From Felis catus (taxonomy: Eukaryota): a stretch of DNA of 64,000 nucleotides. The stretch covers positions 98,706,001 through 98,770,000 of the forward strand of contig NC_058368.1 of the NCBI RefSeq assembly GCF_018350175.1, read 5' to 3'. The position numbers were made by a program, and so were the translations under genes. The notes beneath the pieces are model-generated. The model had not been told where the DNA came from and did not search any database. It saw only the letters and a program-made list of their open reading frames with translations. Positions 11,900 to 24,266 of this stretch are shown here, in pieces. The stretch's first letter is position 1; every line of letters begins with the position of its first letter.

Positions 11900-12360
11900 C
11901 TTTGTGGTCTACCCCATCACCTGAAGTCTTAGGCCTGGTTTGAAGACATTCTTCATTCTCTGGTCTCCCTGCATATGAAAATATTCTCACCGTTTTTCCA
12001 CCCTCTGCAGGAGTCAAGCAGGCTTCCTTCCCTCCCTTCAGAATAGCTTATGTTTTCCCATTTCTCTAGTCTGGGAGCACAGTCTCCTCTTCTGTTTTAA
12101 TCTACATTCTGTGTGTTTCAGGCTGAGCACAAGACTCTGAGCCCCTGGTCTGCCATGGGTCCTCTCTGACTCTGGTGGCCTTCAGTGATCTCCCTCTTGG
12201 TTACTCTTATTTCATGCTGTCACTTTTTCACTTCCTCAAATTCCTCACAACATATTAGTCAAATGCATTATAAATTTTTTGAGAGGAAGAACCACAATCT
12301 AGATTTCTTTGTACTTCTGTAGCATGTGTTGGAAGATTCTCAATATATACCTACTGATTC
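11900..12360 (+). mobile_element. L2 3' relic
   Basis: Pyrimidine-rich body with a degenerate L2 end (CTCAATATATACCTACTGATT). Confidence 0.5.
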
Positions 12361-12739
12361 TTTAAAATATACCTTTGTAGTCTTGGTATTGGGAAAAAAA
12401 TGACATACTGCTAAGGACTTAGGAGCCAAGGCAGGCCCCGGCTAACAGAGCTGTGGATGGGACATTGTCCCAATTAACTGCTTCGAATCTGGTAGGCTTT
12501 ATTGTGTTCCATGGCTACAGATCTGCCTAACCTTAAACCTAGGCAGTTAACCTGCAAATGAGTCAACTCAACAAATACTTATAGAGCACCTACTACTCAT
12601 AGCAATGTGACAAGCCATTTAGTGATATAGTGTTGATTAAAAGCAGATAAATCCCCATCCTCTGTGTAGTTTATGTTCTTCCCCTAGGACTAGATTTATC
12701 TAATCTCTCATCAAAATGTACAAATGCAACATTCATCTA

Positions 12740-12965
12740 GGGGCACCTGGGTGGCTCATTAGGTTAAGTGTCCGACTTCGGCTCAGGTCATGATCTCGTG
12801 TTCATGAGTTCAAGCCCTGCATCAGGCTCTGTGCTGACAGCTCAGAGCCTGGAGCCTGCCTGGGATTCTGTGTCTCCCTCTCTCTCTGCCCACCCCCCCC
12901 CCCTTGCGCACGCGCTCTCTTTCTCTCTCTCAAAAATAAATAAACATTTAAAAAAACCACAAAAA
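12740..12965 (+). mobile_element. CanSINE
   Basis: Degenerate TSD ACAAATG...CATC. Confidence 0.94.
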
Positions 12966-13314
12966 ACAAATGTAGCACTCATCAGCCCTGTAAAGGACCC
13001 AAAAGGGGGATTTGGCAAAAGTCAGGAAAATAAGACAAATTTTCCTATGAGAAGAAACTGAAAAATGAATCCCAATTAACCACCCGATGAGAGGAAGTGT
13101 ATCAGCGCTGGACAGATGGAATGCCCTTCAAATGTTATCAGGAAAACAAAGTATTGCATAGAATGTTCCCCAGCACCTGCTTGTCATGATCACTAGAAGA
13201 GCATCTTCAAGAATATAGTTTTCTTTCACTGCATGATGCCAACTTCAAAAATGAAGCTTAACGGATTCCAGAATTTCTTGAGAATTTCTTGGTCATTAGG
13301 TTTGAACAGCTCAC

Positions 13315-13363
13315 CGCGTAGGTTTTCTAAGAGGTCCCTTAGTACCGATATGATTTGGCTGCT
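13315..13363 (-). other. Candidate 49-nt exon (host transcript unidentified)
   Basis: Long pyrimidine tract ...TTTTTCTTTCCCATTTTCAG| acceptor, GCG|GTGAGC donor and retained CpGs. Peptide not recognised. Confidence 0.25.
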
Positions 13364-13832
13364 CTGAAAATGGGAAAGAAAAACGAAGACAAAGGAAAAG
13401 TAAGTGGCACATGGTGGGTTTGATTCTTTTCCTGGCACCAGATAGAGGAAGGCTCTGGCTTTGGTGGTGAATAAATGTGAAATAAAGAAATTTTAGAAAG
13501 CAGTAATGCTTCCCTTCCACTCTGATCAGAAGTGCTCCTGTGTCCCTTATGCTGGTTGGTGTGACAGAAGGTGTGAGCAGATCTCACTGTATGCAGCAAA
13601 CAAAACTGAAGATGCATCGTGTTTGAATCTAACAGCTGTAGATTTATATCCTGGTGCTGCTATTCAGAGACTGATTTCTGCACCTGTGGAAATAGGAACA
13701 CTATTAGGAGGATTAATTGAGTTAGTATTTGTGGATGTACCCAACAAAATGTTTTGCACATAGATGTTTCCTCCATTATTTTTCCTCTTTCTTCATGACA
13801 CTTATTCCTTTTCTTCCTTGCTGTTCACATTA

Positions 13833-14157
13833 CATTTGACCTTGAAACACATGGGTTTGAACTGTTCAGGTCCACATATGGGCTTTTTTTTTTATATGTA
13901 CACTACAGTACTGTGTTTTTTTTCCTTATGATTTTCTTAGAAACTTTCTCTTTTCCTTGGCTTACTTTATTGTAAGAATATGTAGTGCATGTAACATACA
14001 AAATATATGTTAATCGACTGTTTATGTTATCAGTAAGACTTCTTGTCAACAATAAGCTATTAGCAGTTAAGTTTTAGGGAGAGTCAAAAGTAATATGTAT
14101 ATTTTTGGCTGCTTAGGGGTGACAGCCCTGACTTCCCCATTGTTCAAAGGTCAACTG
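13833..14157. mobile_element. Tigger2-type non-autonomous DNA transposon (TcMar-Tigger MITE)
   Basis: TIRs CATTTGACCTTGAAAC and TTGTTCAAAGGTCAACTG, flanked by TA on both sides. Confidence 0.88.
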
Positions 14158-14289
14158 TATTTTTTATGTGGTATAGCTTTAAGAAGGGAAGGACAGAACT
14201 TGGCAGGTGCTCTGATTATTTCAGTATCTTCATTATTCCTTCCCAGCCCTCCATACTGTGTTTCCTCTTTATAAAAGGAAGGTTAATTA

Positions 14290-14500
14290 GCACATGACTT
14301 TTAGAGTCAGGATATCTTGGGTTAAAATGCTGGCTCTTTGACTACGTAAGCTGTGTGAGTGTTAACTCATTCTTAAATTTTGCTTTAGATTCAGATTCAG
14401 ATTCATCGTCTCTTAAATGTGGATATTAGGAACTCCCTCATCAAGCTGTTGTTGGTTTAGCATATACCTGGTATATAATCAACATACAACAAACACATAT
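14290..14500 (+). mobile_element. MIR
   Basis: GACTTTTAGAGTCAG...AGCTGTGTGA and a degenerate core. Confidence 0.6.
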
Positions 14501-15595
14501 TAGTTTCTTCTGTATGCCAGAAATAAGTCCTACTTAAGTTTAAACTCTATAAAACATCACTGTATGTTAAGTCCAAGAGTTTTCTGCCAACTTCCAATGC
14601 TTTCTTTGGTCAACAAGCAAGACGTGTGCATTCATGTAAAGGTGGGCTATGATAAATATATGAGAAATTATTTTTAATGTGGAAATAATGCCAGTGGGGG
14701 GTACAGAAAAAGACATTAGCCATAATGGAAGGGCTGGTCGGCTCACTGGAGGGAAAGTACTAGTGCATTCTCTGACTTGGTAGAACATGTTCTCGTGGTA
14801 GCGTCATGCCTTATGTACATAATAAATATTCAAATGTATTTGATTAGATTAGTGGCTATGTCCAAAAGGAGTTCAGTGAAGGGTGTGTAGAATATCTGCT
14901 GGAAGTGAGTCTCAGGCATCCTCTTAGATCCTAATTCATAGTCACCTATGGCATTTGGGGACTAAAAGTGACATGTAGCTTTCACAGTAGCAGTAGGCTA
15001 TAATGCACTAAGTAGACCATTTCAGTAAGACCTCAGGAGCTTCTAAAGATTATACTGACTTGAAATTCAGTTTGTGTCTTTCACAAACTTCCAGTGGCTT
15101 CTGTCATTGTACGACTGAAGATGTTGTCAGTAGGGACTAATGGTAAACACTTCTTTCCTCCATGCCATTCTTCCTTCAAGTGACTGCATTGAGAACTAGA
15201 TGCTTTATTCTTTCTTATAGATAGTCACTGGTTGTAACATTAATATGACCTATTAAATGCCAAATAATTATAAAGAGAACCAAAACAGTATGGCATATGT
15301 ATTATTTTGGGCAGTGGTATTGACGCTTGAAATATAGCTGAGGTCAAATGGAAATTGTAAGACACATACTTAAACACAAACACAGAATTAATTTATCTTT
15401 TTACCACTCAGAACCCATGCCATTTATATCTCTTAAAATGAACTTGCAAATAAGAAATATATTTTCTAATTGCATGTGGATTCAAAATAGCTAGCAATAG
15501 CCTGTTTTGCAAAATTGGAGTTGGTGTTTTGTTTTGTTTTGTTTTAAGTTAGAAATAGTTTTGGGAAACTCTTGTCATTCAAGAACTATTATTCT

Positions 15596-15814
15596 GGGGC
15601 ACCTGGATGGCTCAGTTGGTTGAGTGCCTGACTTTGGCTCAGGTTATGATCTCACTGTTTATGAGTTTGAGCCCCACATCGGGCTTTGTGCTGACAGCTA
15701 AGAGCCTGCAGCCTGCTTCAGATTCTCTGTCTCCCTGTCTCTCTGCCCCTCCCCCGCTTGTGCTCTGTCTCTCTATCTCTCAAAAGTAAATAAAAATGTA
15801 AAAAAAAAATTTTA
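15596..15814 (+). mobile_element. CanSINE (first of a tandem pair)
   Basis: Outer TSD AAGAACTATT at 15581-15590 and 16041-16050 encloses both copies. Confidence 0.95.
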
Positions 15815-16040
15815 GGGGTGCCTGGGTGGCTCAGTCGGTTAAGCGTCCGACTTGAGCTCAGGTCATGATCTCACGGTCCATGAGTTCGAGCCCTGCGTCG
15901 GGCTCTGTGCTGACAGTGCAGAGCCTGGAGCCTGTTTCAGATTCTGTGTGTCCCTCTCTCTCTCTGACCCTCCCCCACTCATGCTCTGTCTCTCTCTGTC
16001 TCAAAAATAAATGTTAAAAAAAATTTAAAAAAAATTTTTA
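15815..16040 (+). mobile_element. CanSINE inserted in the tail of the preceding SINE
   Basis: Less decayed copy (more CpG). Flanked by A-run+TTTTA on both sides. Confidence 0.95.
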
Positions 16041-16147
16041 AAGAACTATTTTTTTTATATGCAAACTAAAACCATGTTTCTTGATCTTGGACCATCCTTG
16101 TAGAAATAAATTGTGTGTGAATCTCTTCTGCAACTTTCTCTGTCTAG

Positions 16148-16206
16148 GCAAATTGGATCTTAGGGCCATGTCAATTTTGCAGAAGAATGTTAAAGAAATT
16201 ATCATT
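16148..16206 (+). other. Candidate 59-nt exon (host transcript unidentified)
   Basis: CTTTCTCTGTCTAG| acceptor and ATT|GTAAGT donor. Two open frames, neither recognised. Confidence 0.25.
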
Positions 16207-16869
16207 GTAAGTATAGCTCTTATTTCCATCTGATGTCATGCCTTAGGCAGTTCTTTAGCACTTATTTCTTATTTATTTTTAGAGTCTTCTGTTGCATGTT
16301 GATGATGAATGAAAGATTAGAATTCAGATAAGGAGATCTGAGTTTTGAGTCTGCCTCCTCAACTAACCAGTTTCATCACCTTGACTTCATATATTCAACC
16401 TTCTAGGATCGCACAGTTGAATGGGCCAGGTTAATGCTGCACTCAGACTACTTCCCTCACTTTATAGTGTAGAGATTTCAGCTGGTTGGTCCAAGACAGA
16501 TTTGTTCAGTTAATGTAACTAAAAAATATAATGCAGTCCCTCTACTCATTTTTGTGCTTTTTCCACAACATCTTCAGATTCCATGAAGAATGAAGAAGAT
16601 AACAGATTCCAAAGTGGTAAATCATTGTCTTTCATTTAGCAGACAAATAAAATATCACATGAAATGCTTACACAGATTTTTATTCTTGCACAATTCTGTG
16701 TAGACTTACTATTAAGCTATGATCTGAGGCCATTAAAAAAGAGCAGTGATAACCAAAGTGTAGTGTATATGCCCTAAAAATCAATTTCATCACACTTGTT
16801 TAAAATCTGGTAGACTTACTAAATGGTAAATTCATTGCTCCTTCCTCTGTACCATAGCTTGATTTTAGT

Positions 16870-16986
16870 AAGGCATCATCTAAACCTAACTGTTTCTGAA
16901 AGGTTCCACTCCAAATACCATCACTTTGGAAGTTAAGGCCTCAATATATGAATTCGATGGAGAGGCAAACCTTCAGCCCACAAACA
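16870..16986 (-). mobile_element. MLT1 LTR fragment
   Basis: CCAAATACCATCACTTTGGAAGTTAAGGCCTCAATATATGAATT is an antisense MLT1 5' end. Confidence 0.7.
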
Positions 16987-17432
16987 TTCATAGCAGGGCT
17001 TATCTATAAAATGAATAACTTTCTGGGTTTCCCAAATTATAGATGTAATTGGGTAGATAACCTGTTAAGGTTTTATCAGTTTCACTTTCTCAGTCCCTTT
17101 TTTTTCCTATGTGGGGCGGTAAAATTTTAGCTTCTGAAACATAATTCTGACCATTGTCATAGTTATTTTCCCATCTAGAAAATTGATTTTTTTTTTTAAT
17201 GATAAGCTCTTACTTTCCTGGGCAGGAATTGTATGTCAGCCAAGTCGTATTCTTTGAATATTATCACCAGACTTTTCACCAGTACCACTCTAAGACTAAA
17301 ATCCATTTTAAATGGCATAAAATAGAAATGTGTCTTAATTTCCATTTTTGTGTGTCTCCTCCTGTAGCATACAGAAAAGTATGTGTTTTGCCAAATTTTT
17401 TAGAGTAGCATTCTATTCCATTCCATTGCCAA

Positions 17433-17436
<4 letters not shown>

Positions 17437-17482
<46 letters not shown>

Positions 17483-17540
17483 TTATTGACGAATTGGTTT
17501 CCATACAACACCCAGTGCTCATCCCAAAAGGTGCCCTCCT
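17437..17540 (-). mobile_element. Ultra-short felid L1 3' terminus with (TA)n tail
   Basis: 17474-17540 matches the reverse complement of the last ~65 nt of the full-length L1 (62365-62430), next to (TA)~20. Confidence 0.85.
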
Positions 17541-18204
17541 TGTGTTTTGAAGGCCGAAGAGAAAATTCAGTATCTGCCTCACCTAGAGTTTTAGAGCTAT
17601 ATATGTACATGCATGTATCTATATAAGACGTACATACTTTCCAAACCTTCCTTACACTGCTTTATTCTACTTATATGATATTTGATTTTATTGTATCTGC
17701 ACTTTTTTATTTTTTGCATATTGCTTTACGTGATCATTATTGTTATACTGATAATGATGAGAAGAGATACCAACTGCATTTCAGGAGACCTGGCTGCAAA
17801 TAATTGACCCTGTTGTTTGTTAGCTTTTTTTCCCCACCAGCTTCACTGAGGTATTATTGACAAATAAAAATGCATGTATTTAAGATGTACAGTGCAATGA
17901 TTGGATACGTATATTCGTTGTGAAATGGCTACCACAGTTAAGCTGATTACATATCCATCATCTCACATAGTTACCCCTTTGTGTATTTGTGGTGAGGACA
18001 TTTGAGATTGATGTCAGCAAAGTTTATGCATACAGTACATTTTTAAAACTAATGGTCATGATGCTATACTTTCAGTTTCTAGAACTTCTTTATATGGTAA
18101 CTAGAAGTTTATACCATCTGACCAATATCTCTCTTTTTCCCATGCCCACCAACCACCAGCCCTTGTCAACTACCCTTCTATTCTCTGATTTTATTTTTAT
18201 GTAC

Positions 18205-18235
<31 letters not shown>

Positions 18236-18373
18236 TGTATTTGGATCCGTGTATAAGTGAAATTATGTAGTATTTGTCTTTCTATGTCTGGTTTATTTTA
18301 CTTAGCCTAACATCCTCCAGATTCATCTATATTGTCACACATGGCAGGATCTCCTTTTTAGAGGGTAATATTT

Positions 18374-18375
<2 letters not shown>

Positions 18376-18418
<43 letters not shown>
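18376..18418. repeat. (TG)n microsatellite within L1
   Basis: Directly visible. Confidence 0.97.
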
Positions 18419-18419
<1 letters not shown>

Positions 18420-19084
18420 CATTTTCTTTATCAATTCGTTTGTTGATGGACACTTACCATGTTTACATATTTTGGCTACTACAAATAAGGCTGCAGTACA
18501 CATGGGAGTGCAAATATCTGTTCAAAATACTGACTTTATTTCCTTTCATAGACCCAGAAATGAGATTGCTCAGTCAAATGGTAGTTCTACTTTTAATTTG
18601 CTTAGGAATCATGATACTGTTTTCCATAACTGTTGCACCAGTTTACGTTCTGACTAACAAGTACACGGATTGCCTTTTTTCCACAGTTTTGCCAACACTT
18701 GTTAGTTTTAGACTTTTTGATACTGGTCATCCTAATAAGTGTGAGGGAATACTTTATTATGGTTTTGATTTGCTTTTACCTGACGATTAGTCATGTTCAG
18801 CATTTTTTCATATCCCTATTGGCCATTTTTGTCTTTTCGAGGGAATGTCTAGCCAGGTTTTTGGCCCGTTTTCTAATACAGTTATTTGTTTATTTGTTAT
18901 TGAATTGTATAAGTTCTGTGTATATTGTAGGTATTAGCACCTTATCAGAAACAGGGTTTGCAAATATTTTCTCCTGTTTCACATATCGCTTTTACATTTT
19001 GTTCACCGTTTTCTTTGCAGAAACATTTTAGTTTGATATAGTTCCACTAGCTCATTTTTTTTTTGCTTTTGTTGCCTGTGCTTT

Positions 19085-19481
19085 AAAAAAAAATTATTTA
19101 AATAGTTTTTTTTATTTAATTTTTTATTTTTTTAAATTTACGTCCAAATTAGCATATAGTGCAACAGTGATTTCAGGAGTAAATTCCTTAGTGCCACTTA
19201 CTCAGCCCATCCCCCTCCCACAACCCCTCTAGTAACCCTCAGTTTGTTCTCCATATTTATGAGTCTCTTCTGTTTTGCCCCCCTCCCTGTTTTTATATTA
19301 TTTTTGTTTCCCTTCCCTTATGTTCATCTGTTTTGTCTCTTAAAGTCCTTATATGAACGAAGTCATATGATTTTTGTCTTTCTCTGACTCACTAATTTCA
19401 CTTAGCATAATACCCTCCTATTCCATCCACATAGCTGCAAATAGCAGGATTTCATTCTTTTTGATTGCCAAGTAATACTCC

Positions 19482-19531
<50 letters not shown>

Positions 19532-19775
19532 CACACCACATCTTCTTTATCCATTCATCCATCGATGGACATTTGGGCTCTTTCCATACTTTGGCTATTG
19601 TTGATAGTGTTGCTATAAGCATGGGGGTGCATGTGTCCCTTTGAAACAGCATCCCTGTATCCCTTGGATAAATGCCTAGTAGTGCAGTTGATGGGTCGTA
19701 GGGTAGTTCTATTTTTAGTTTTTTGAAGAACCTCCATACTGTTTTCCAGAGTGACTGCACCAGCTTGCATTCCCA
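19085..19775 (-). mobile_element. Younger truncated carnivore/felid L1 nested in the older L1
   Basis: Minus [31 protein letters not shown]. Perfect 15-bp TSD TGTTGCCTGTGCTTT at 19070-19084 and 19776-19790. Confidence 0.93.
19484..19526. repeat. (TG)n microsatellite within L1
   Basis: Directly visible. Confidence 0.97.
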
Positions 19776-20310
19776 TGTTGCCTGTGCTTTTGATGTCAAA
19801 TCCAAAAGAAAAAAAAATCACTTTCAAAACTAATACTTTGGGTAAATCTCTGGCAGTCCTGGATATTCATTTTCTTATGCAAAATAAAGGGTTTGATTAT
19901 GTATCATTAAAATTCTTGTGGTTTCTCTTGCATTCTTGAATGGGATTGTAATATATAATTATATTTAAATTCATTCGATATTTAGTAGAAGAAATATGAA
20001 CCATATCTGATAATTAGGTTATTGACAATTTGAAATTATTTAGTAGCCCTTGAAATACGTAACATGGTTTTCAAACTTAGAATCCTTACATACAGGTACC
20101 TCAGAAGAATCATTTTGGAATTCATTCTATGTGAAACCTGTTAATGTTAGAAAATATTTCAAATTTGAAAGGATCAGGGCTATGGTCATTGATTAAAATA
20201 AACTACAAAGTATGGGAGATTTTTGTTAGAAATGAGGCATTTTATCATATTCAAGTTTTTAAACTATTTAAGCATTTCCATGCAAACTGTTGTTTAAAAT
20301 AATCCATTCT

Positions 20311-20443
20311 CTATGTTAATTAACTCAATTGTGTAAGTCTTTTCATAGTGTGTACTTATATCAAACTATCATGTTGTACACTTAAATATGTTACAATTTT
20401 ATTTGTCAATTACACTTCAGTAAAGCTGAAAATAAAATAACAT
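20311..20443 (+). mobile_element. Short old L1 3' end
   Basis: Similar to the L1 3' end at 53670-53790. TSD AAAAT(A/C)ATCCATTCT at 20296-20310 and 20444-20458. Confidence 0.8.
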
Positions 20444-21656
20444 AAAATCATCCATTCTTCCCACACAACAGAATAAAGGCCCTGAGATTTTGCCAACTAA
20501 AAGGCTGCAAGACCATTAAGAAGTAAGTTGGTATAATGACTTGGAGGTAAATTCTTTATTTATATACATGATATGTAGTATAGAAAGATAACAGATATTT
20601 GGAAGGATTATAAATAGGTTATTAACTCTACTTCTCTGTGCTTGTTGTAGGAAATTTTGAAACAAAATCAGTATCTTGTCACTAGGCTCTAATGTCAGTT
20701 ATATACATACCTTTGAATATGATCTTATGTATTTATTATTTTAGGTAACGATTAGTCGTATCATTCTGGGAAACAATTGAGTGATGATGTTATTTTTAAG
20801 ACCCCTATTATATAAATTCCTTTAACAAATAATACTATCTTCATTTCACTATCTTCCAACCATTTTTATACACTTTCTGTAAGGCACTTTACTGGTTACT
20901 CTTTATGAATGAGATACAGCTTGTATACTCTATTATGACATCAATAAAATATGCAGGCTTCATTTGATACTTTAGTAATTTTGGTTTTGGTTATTTTTGG
21001 ATTACAGCACACAACAGTACAAATTAAAGTAAAAATTGTATTGTCATGTATTAGTAATCCACAATGCCCAGATATATCTAATAGCATAATGGGTTGTAAC
21101 AGTTTCTGGAAAGTATACCAGTGATCCTTTATATGCATGTATTTTGTACTTGTGCTAGAATGCTGGCTCTTTTTTAATTTCTTTATATGTGATATATTAG
21201 AAGTTAACTAGAGGCAAAATAATTTTTTTTAAAAATATTAAAGGGAAGTATAACCTTGAAATACAAAGTGATACCTTGATATAATTATACATGTCCTTGA
21301 GATGAAATGAGACTTTGAGGTTCTATATTCTTAAATGTGGAAACTAGCCTATTCAGACTAGATAATCAGATGAACCTTGCCTAAATGCAGAGAAACATTT
21401 CAAAACCAGTAGTTTCAAGAAGAACTTGTTCTGCTCTGTTTGATTGGATATCTAATTCATCAACCTGTGATCTGGAAAGATAATAGGTGTTTGAAATAAA
21501 GCTGGATTGTGACTCCTTTCTCTACCCTTTCCTTCTTGTAAGATCCCTAGCCACTTTCTGGCCTTACACATAAAATAAAAAGTAGTGCTCTCCACTTAAG
21601 GGTTTGTGGGATGGAAGAGTCCTGGATAAGAAATATTTTTAATTCTAGCATGCATT

Positions 21657-21884
21657 ATTTTTCTAAATGTTTCTTTACTTTTGAGAGAGAGAGAGAGAGA
21701 GAGAGAGCGCGCGAGCGCACTATCCTGAGAGGGGCAGAGAGAAAGGGAGGTGCAGAATCTGAAGCAAGCTCCAGGCTCCGAGCTGTCAGCACAGAGCCCA
21801 ATGTGGGGCTCGAACTCATGAACTGTGAGATCATGACCTGAGCTGAAGTTGGATGCTTAACCAACTGAGCCACCCTGGCACTCC
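21657..21884 (-). mobile_element. CanSINE
   Basis: T-tail, (GA)n and antisense head. Confidence 0.94.
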
Positions 21885-23149
21885 TAATTTTATATTGCAT
21901 TGTAATAAGCCTTATGCGTTAGCCTCTTAAAACCCGATACCTGTAAAATATCTTTCTATTTCCTTGTTTTGAGTACTGAGCTTATTATAAGTGCAATTAA
22001 CTTTGCAATTGCATCACAAATGGATTTCTTTCACAGTATTTTGACATTTCAATTTATCCTGAATCGTTTTTCCCCCGAATTTTGACAGGGCTGATTTAGC
22101 TTCTTCACACATGGATCATGGCATATTCTGTGTTAAATGTATAAACAGGTCATGGTTGGCTGTGTGGGTGACTTTACCCTGCCCCTTCCAGTGGATGTCA
22201 CCAAAACAATACCTTGACTGGCATGTACTGCTTTTGTATCCTACTGGGTTTTACGTATTTTTCTTTTTTTGGCGTTTGTTTTCACTAACAATCTAGGCTT
22301 TCATCACCCTACAACCATTTGGAAAAATGACTTTTGCTGAAGTATGCTGTCTTCTGAGGGAAGGGTTTTTGGTTTTTTTTTTTTGTTTTTTTTTTTTTGA
22401 TAACTAATGTCAAAATATGGTTCTATCCATGTATATGAAAAAAAAAGGAGAAATTGAAACACTCATCTCTGGTTGTAAAATTCAGTAACTATTAAATAGT
22501 TTCTGACTCCACATTCTATAAAATTTAAGTTTCAAAAGGGCATTCACTTTATAGCGAGTCTCTTCTCTGTCTCCCTGCCTCTTGCTTCCTTCTCCCGGGA
22601 AGCAAAGGCTGTTAACATTTTTTTGAACTGCTTCCCATACATATTCCAGAAGTAATTCTCTATGAATTCAATCACAAAAGCACTTTTACCCTAACTTAGC
22701 CAGCATCATGCTGTGCTTGGGCTTGACTCTAGTCTTTGATATATTACTCTTAAACTGTAAAAAAAATAAAAAATAAAAAATAAGTGATTTTCTTACATGT
22801 GTGGTGAAGTTCTATCATTATTTTTTGTTTCTGTTCCTAAGGCAAACTCAGCTTCTGCAAAATTTTTAAGAAAACTGCTTTTCTGTGGTTTGTATTTTGT
22901 CTTCTATACTTATCAGATCAGTGTATGTTATGTTTTTATGGTTCTCATATCTTATAAATTGGTGTAGAGAAATAAATCTGCTATCCTAAGCCAGATATCT
23001 CATGCATGCCATTACACCTATAATGCCTCTCTTGTGTCTACCTATGGGCCATATAGGCTCTTAATTTCAAAATTCATACTCATTCTGTGTTGCTGGCTTA
23101 CTGGACTAATTTCTTTTTTTCTGAGATATAATGTACTTGCCTAGGGCCC

Positions 23150-23778
23150 TGTTATGGATTAAATGTCTGTATAACTCCAAATTCTTTTTTTTTTGTTAAT
23201 GTTTGTTTACTATTTTGAGAGAGAGACAGAGTGTAAACAGGGGAGGGCCAGAGAGAGAGGAAGACACAGAATCTGAAGCAGGCTCCAGGCTCTGAGCTGT
23301 CAGCACAGAGCCCAACGTGGGTCTCGAACCCACAGACTCTAAGATCATGACCTGAGCTGAAGTTGGCCACTTAATAACCAACTGAGCCAGCCAGGCGCCC
23401 CCTATATACCTCCAAATTCTTATGTCGAAGCCCTAATTCCCAATGTAACAGTATCAGGAGACGGAGCCTTTGAAAGGGAGTTTGGTTTAGATGAGGTCAT
23501 GAGGGGGTGGGGTCCTCATGATGGGATTAGTACCCCTAGAACGAGGGACCAGAGAGCTTATTGTTCCTCCCCAACAACAGGCCTTGTGCCTTGTAGAAGG
23601 TAGAAGGTGGAAGGCCATCTACAAAGCAGAAAGAGAGCTCTCAACACACATTAGATCTGCTGGCCCTGATCTGGGCTGGCCATCTGAGCTTCTGGGACTG
23701 TGAGATACAAATGGTTTTTGCTGTTTAAGTTACCCAAGCTGCGGTATTTTGTAATAGCAGTCCAAACTGTCTAAGGTA
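23150..23778 (+). mobile_element. MaLR solo LTR (MLT1A-like), interrupted by a SINE
   Basis: Starts TGTTATGGATTAAATG and ends GTATTTTGTAATAGCAGTCCAAACTGTCTAAGGTA. 5-bp TSD GGCCC at 23145-23149 and 23779-23783. Confidence 0.9.
23186..23402 (-). mobile_element. CanSINE nested in the MLT1 LTR
   Basis: TSD TATA(A/C)CTCCAAATTCT. Confidence 0.95.
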
Positions 23779-24266
23779 GGCCCAGGCAACCTGGTCAGTA
23801 GAGCCTCTTACCTGAGGGACTAAACCTTACTTTGCTTTTTCAGTTAACCTTCTTACCACTTTGCTTTTCCCATCCCATTTGCCTGGAGTAGACAGTGTTC
23901 ATAGAGTCCGGTGGGAAATTACCCTTAAGATAAGTGACTACCTTCTAGAGGACAGTCCTGTGTAACAAATGATCTGTCTTGTTGGACAAGGCCCTATCTA
24001 GTCCAAGCCCTGTCTCCTTTCCGCCCATCTCCCCTGTGATTCAGAATGTCTTTTGGATGAGGCTACAGACTGTATGACATTTGTATGGATTTCATGTGGT
24101 TGCAAGGTAGATTTCTAACATGATATGACACAAGCTTTAGTGTACGTGAATTTACTAGAGCCTTGCATGTTTCCTGTGGTTCTTTGTACGTCACCAGTAC
24201 TGCTGGACAAGTGATTATAAGCTTTGTGCGGTGAGATAATTTCTTCTTTGAGTATTAGTCATTTTT

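Larger units (their letters stand above)
17825..19830 (-). mobile_element. Older L1 3' portion (L1MA/L1MB or L1_Carn-like), interrupted
   Basis: Antisense L1 3'UTR and ORF2 C-terminal sequence. Resumes after the nested L1 at 19776. Confidence 0.85.

Noticed and set aside
9664..22341. Chaining the plus-strand exon candidates into one gene
   Set aside because: The joined peptide resembles no protein I recognise and the phases do not fit throughout, so no gene symbol is assigned.
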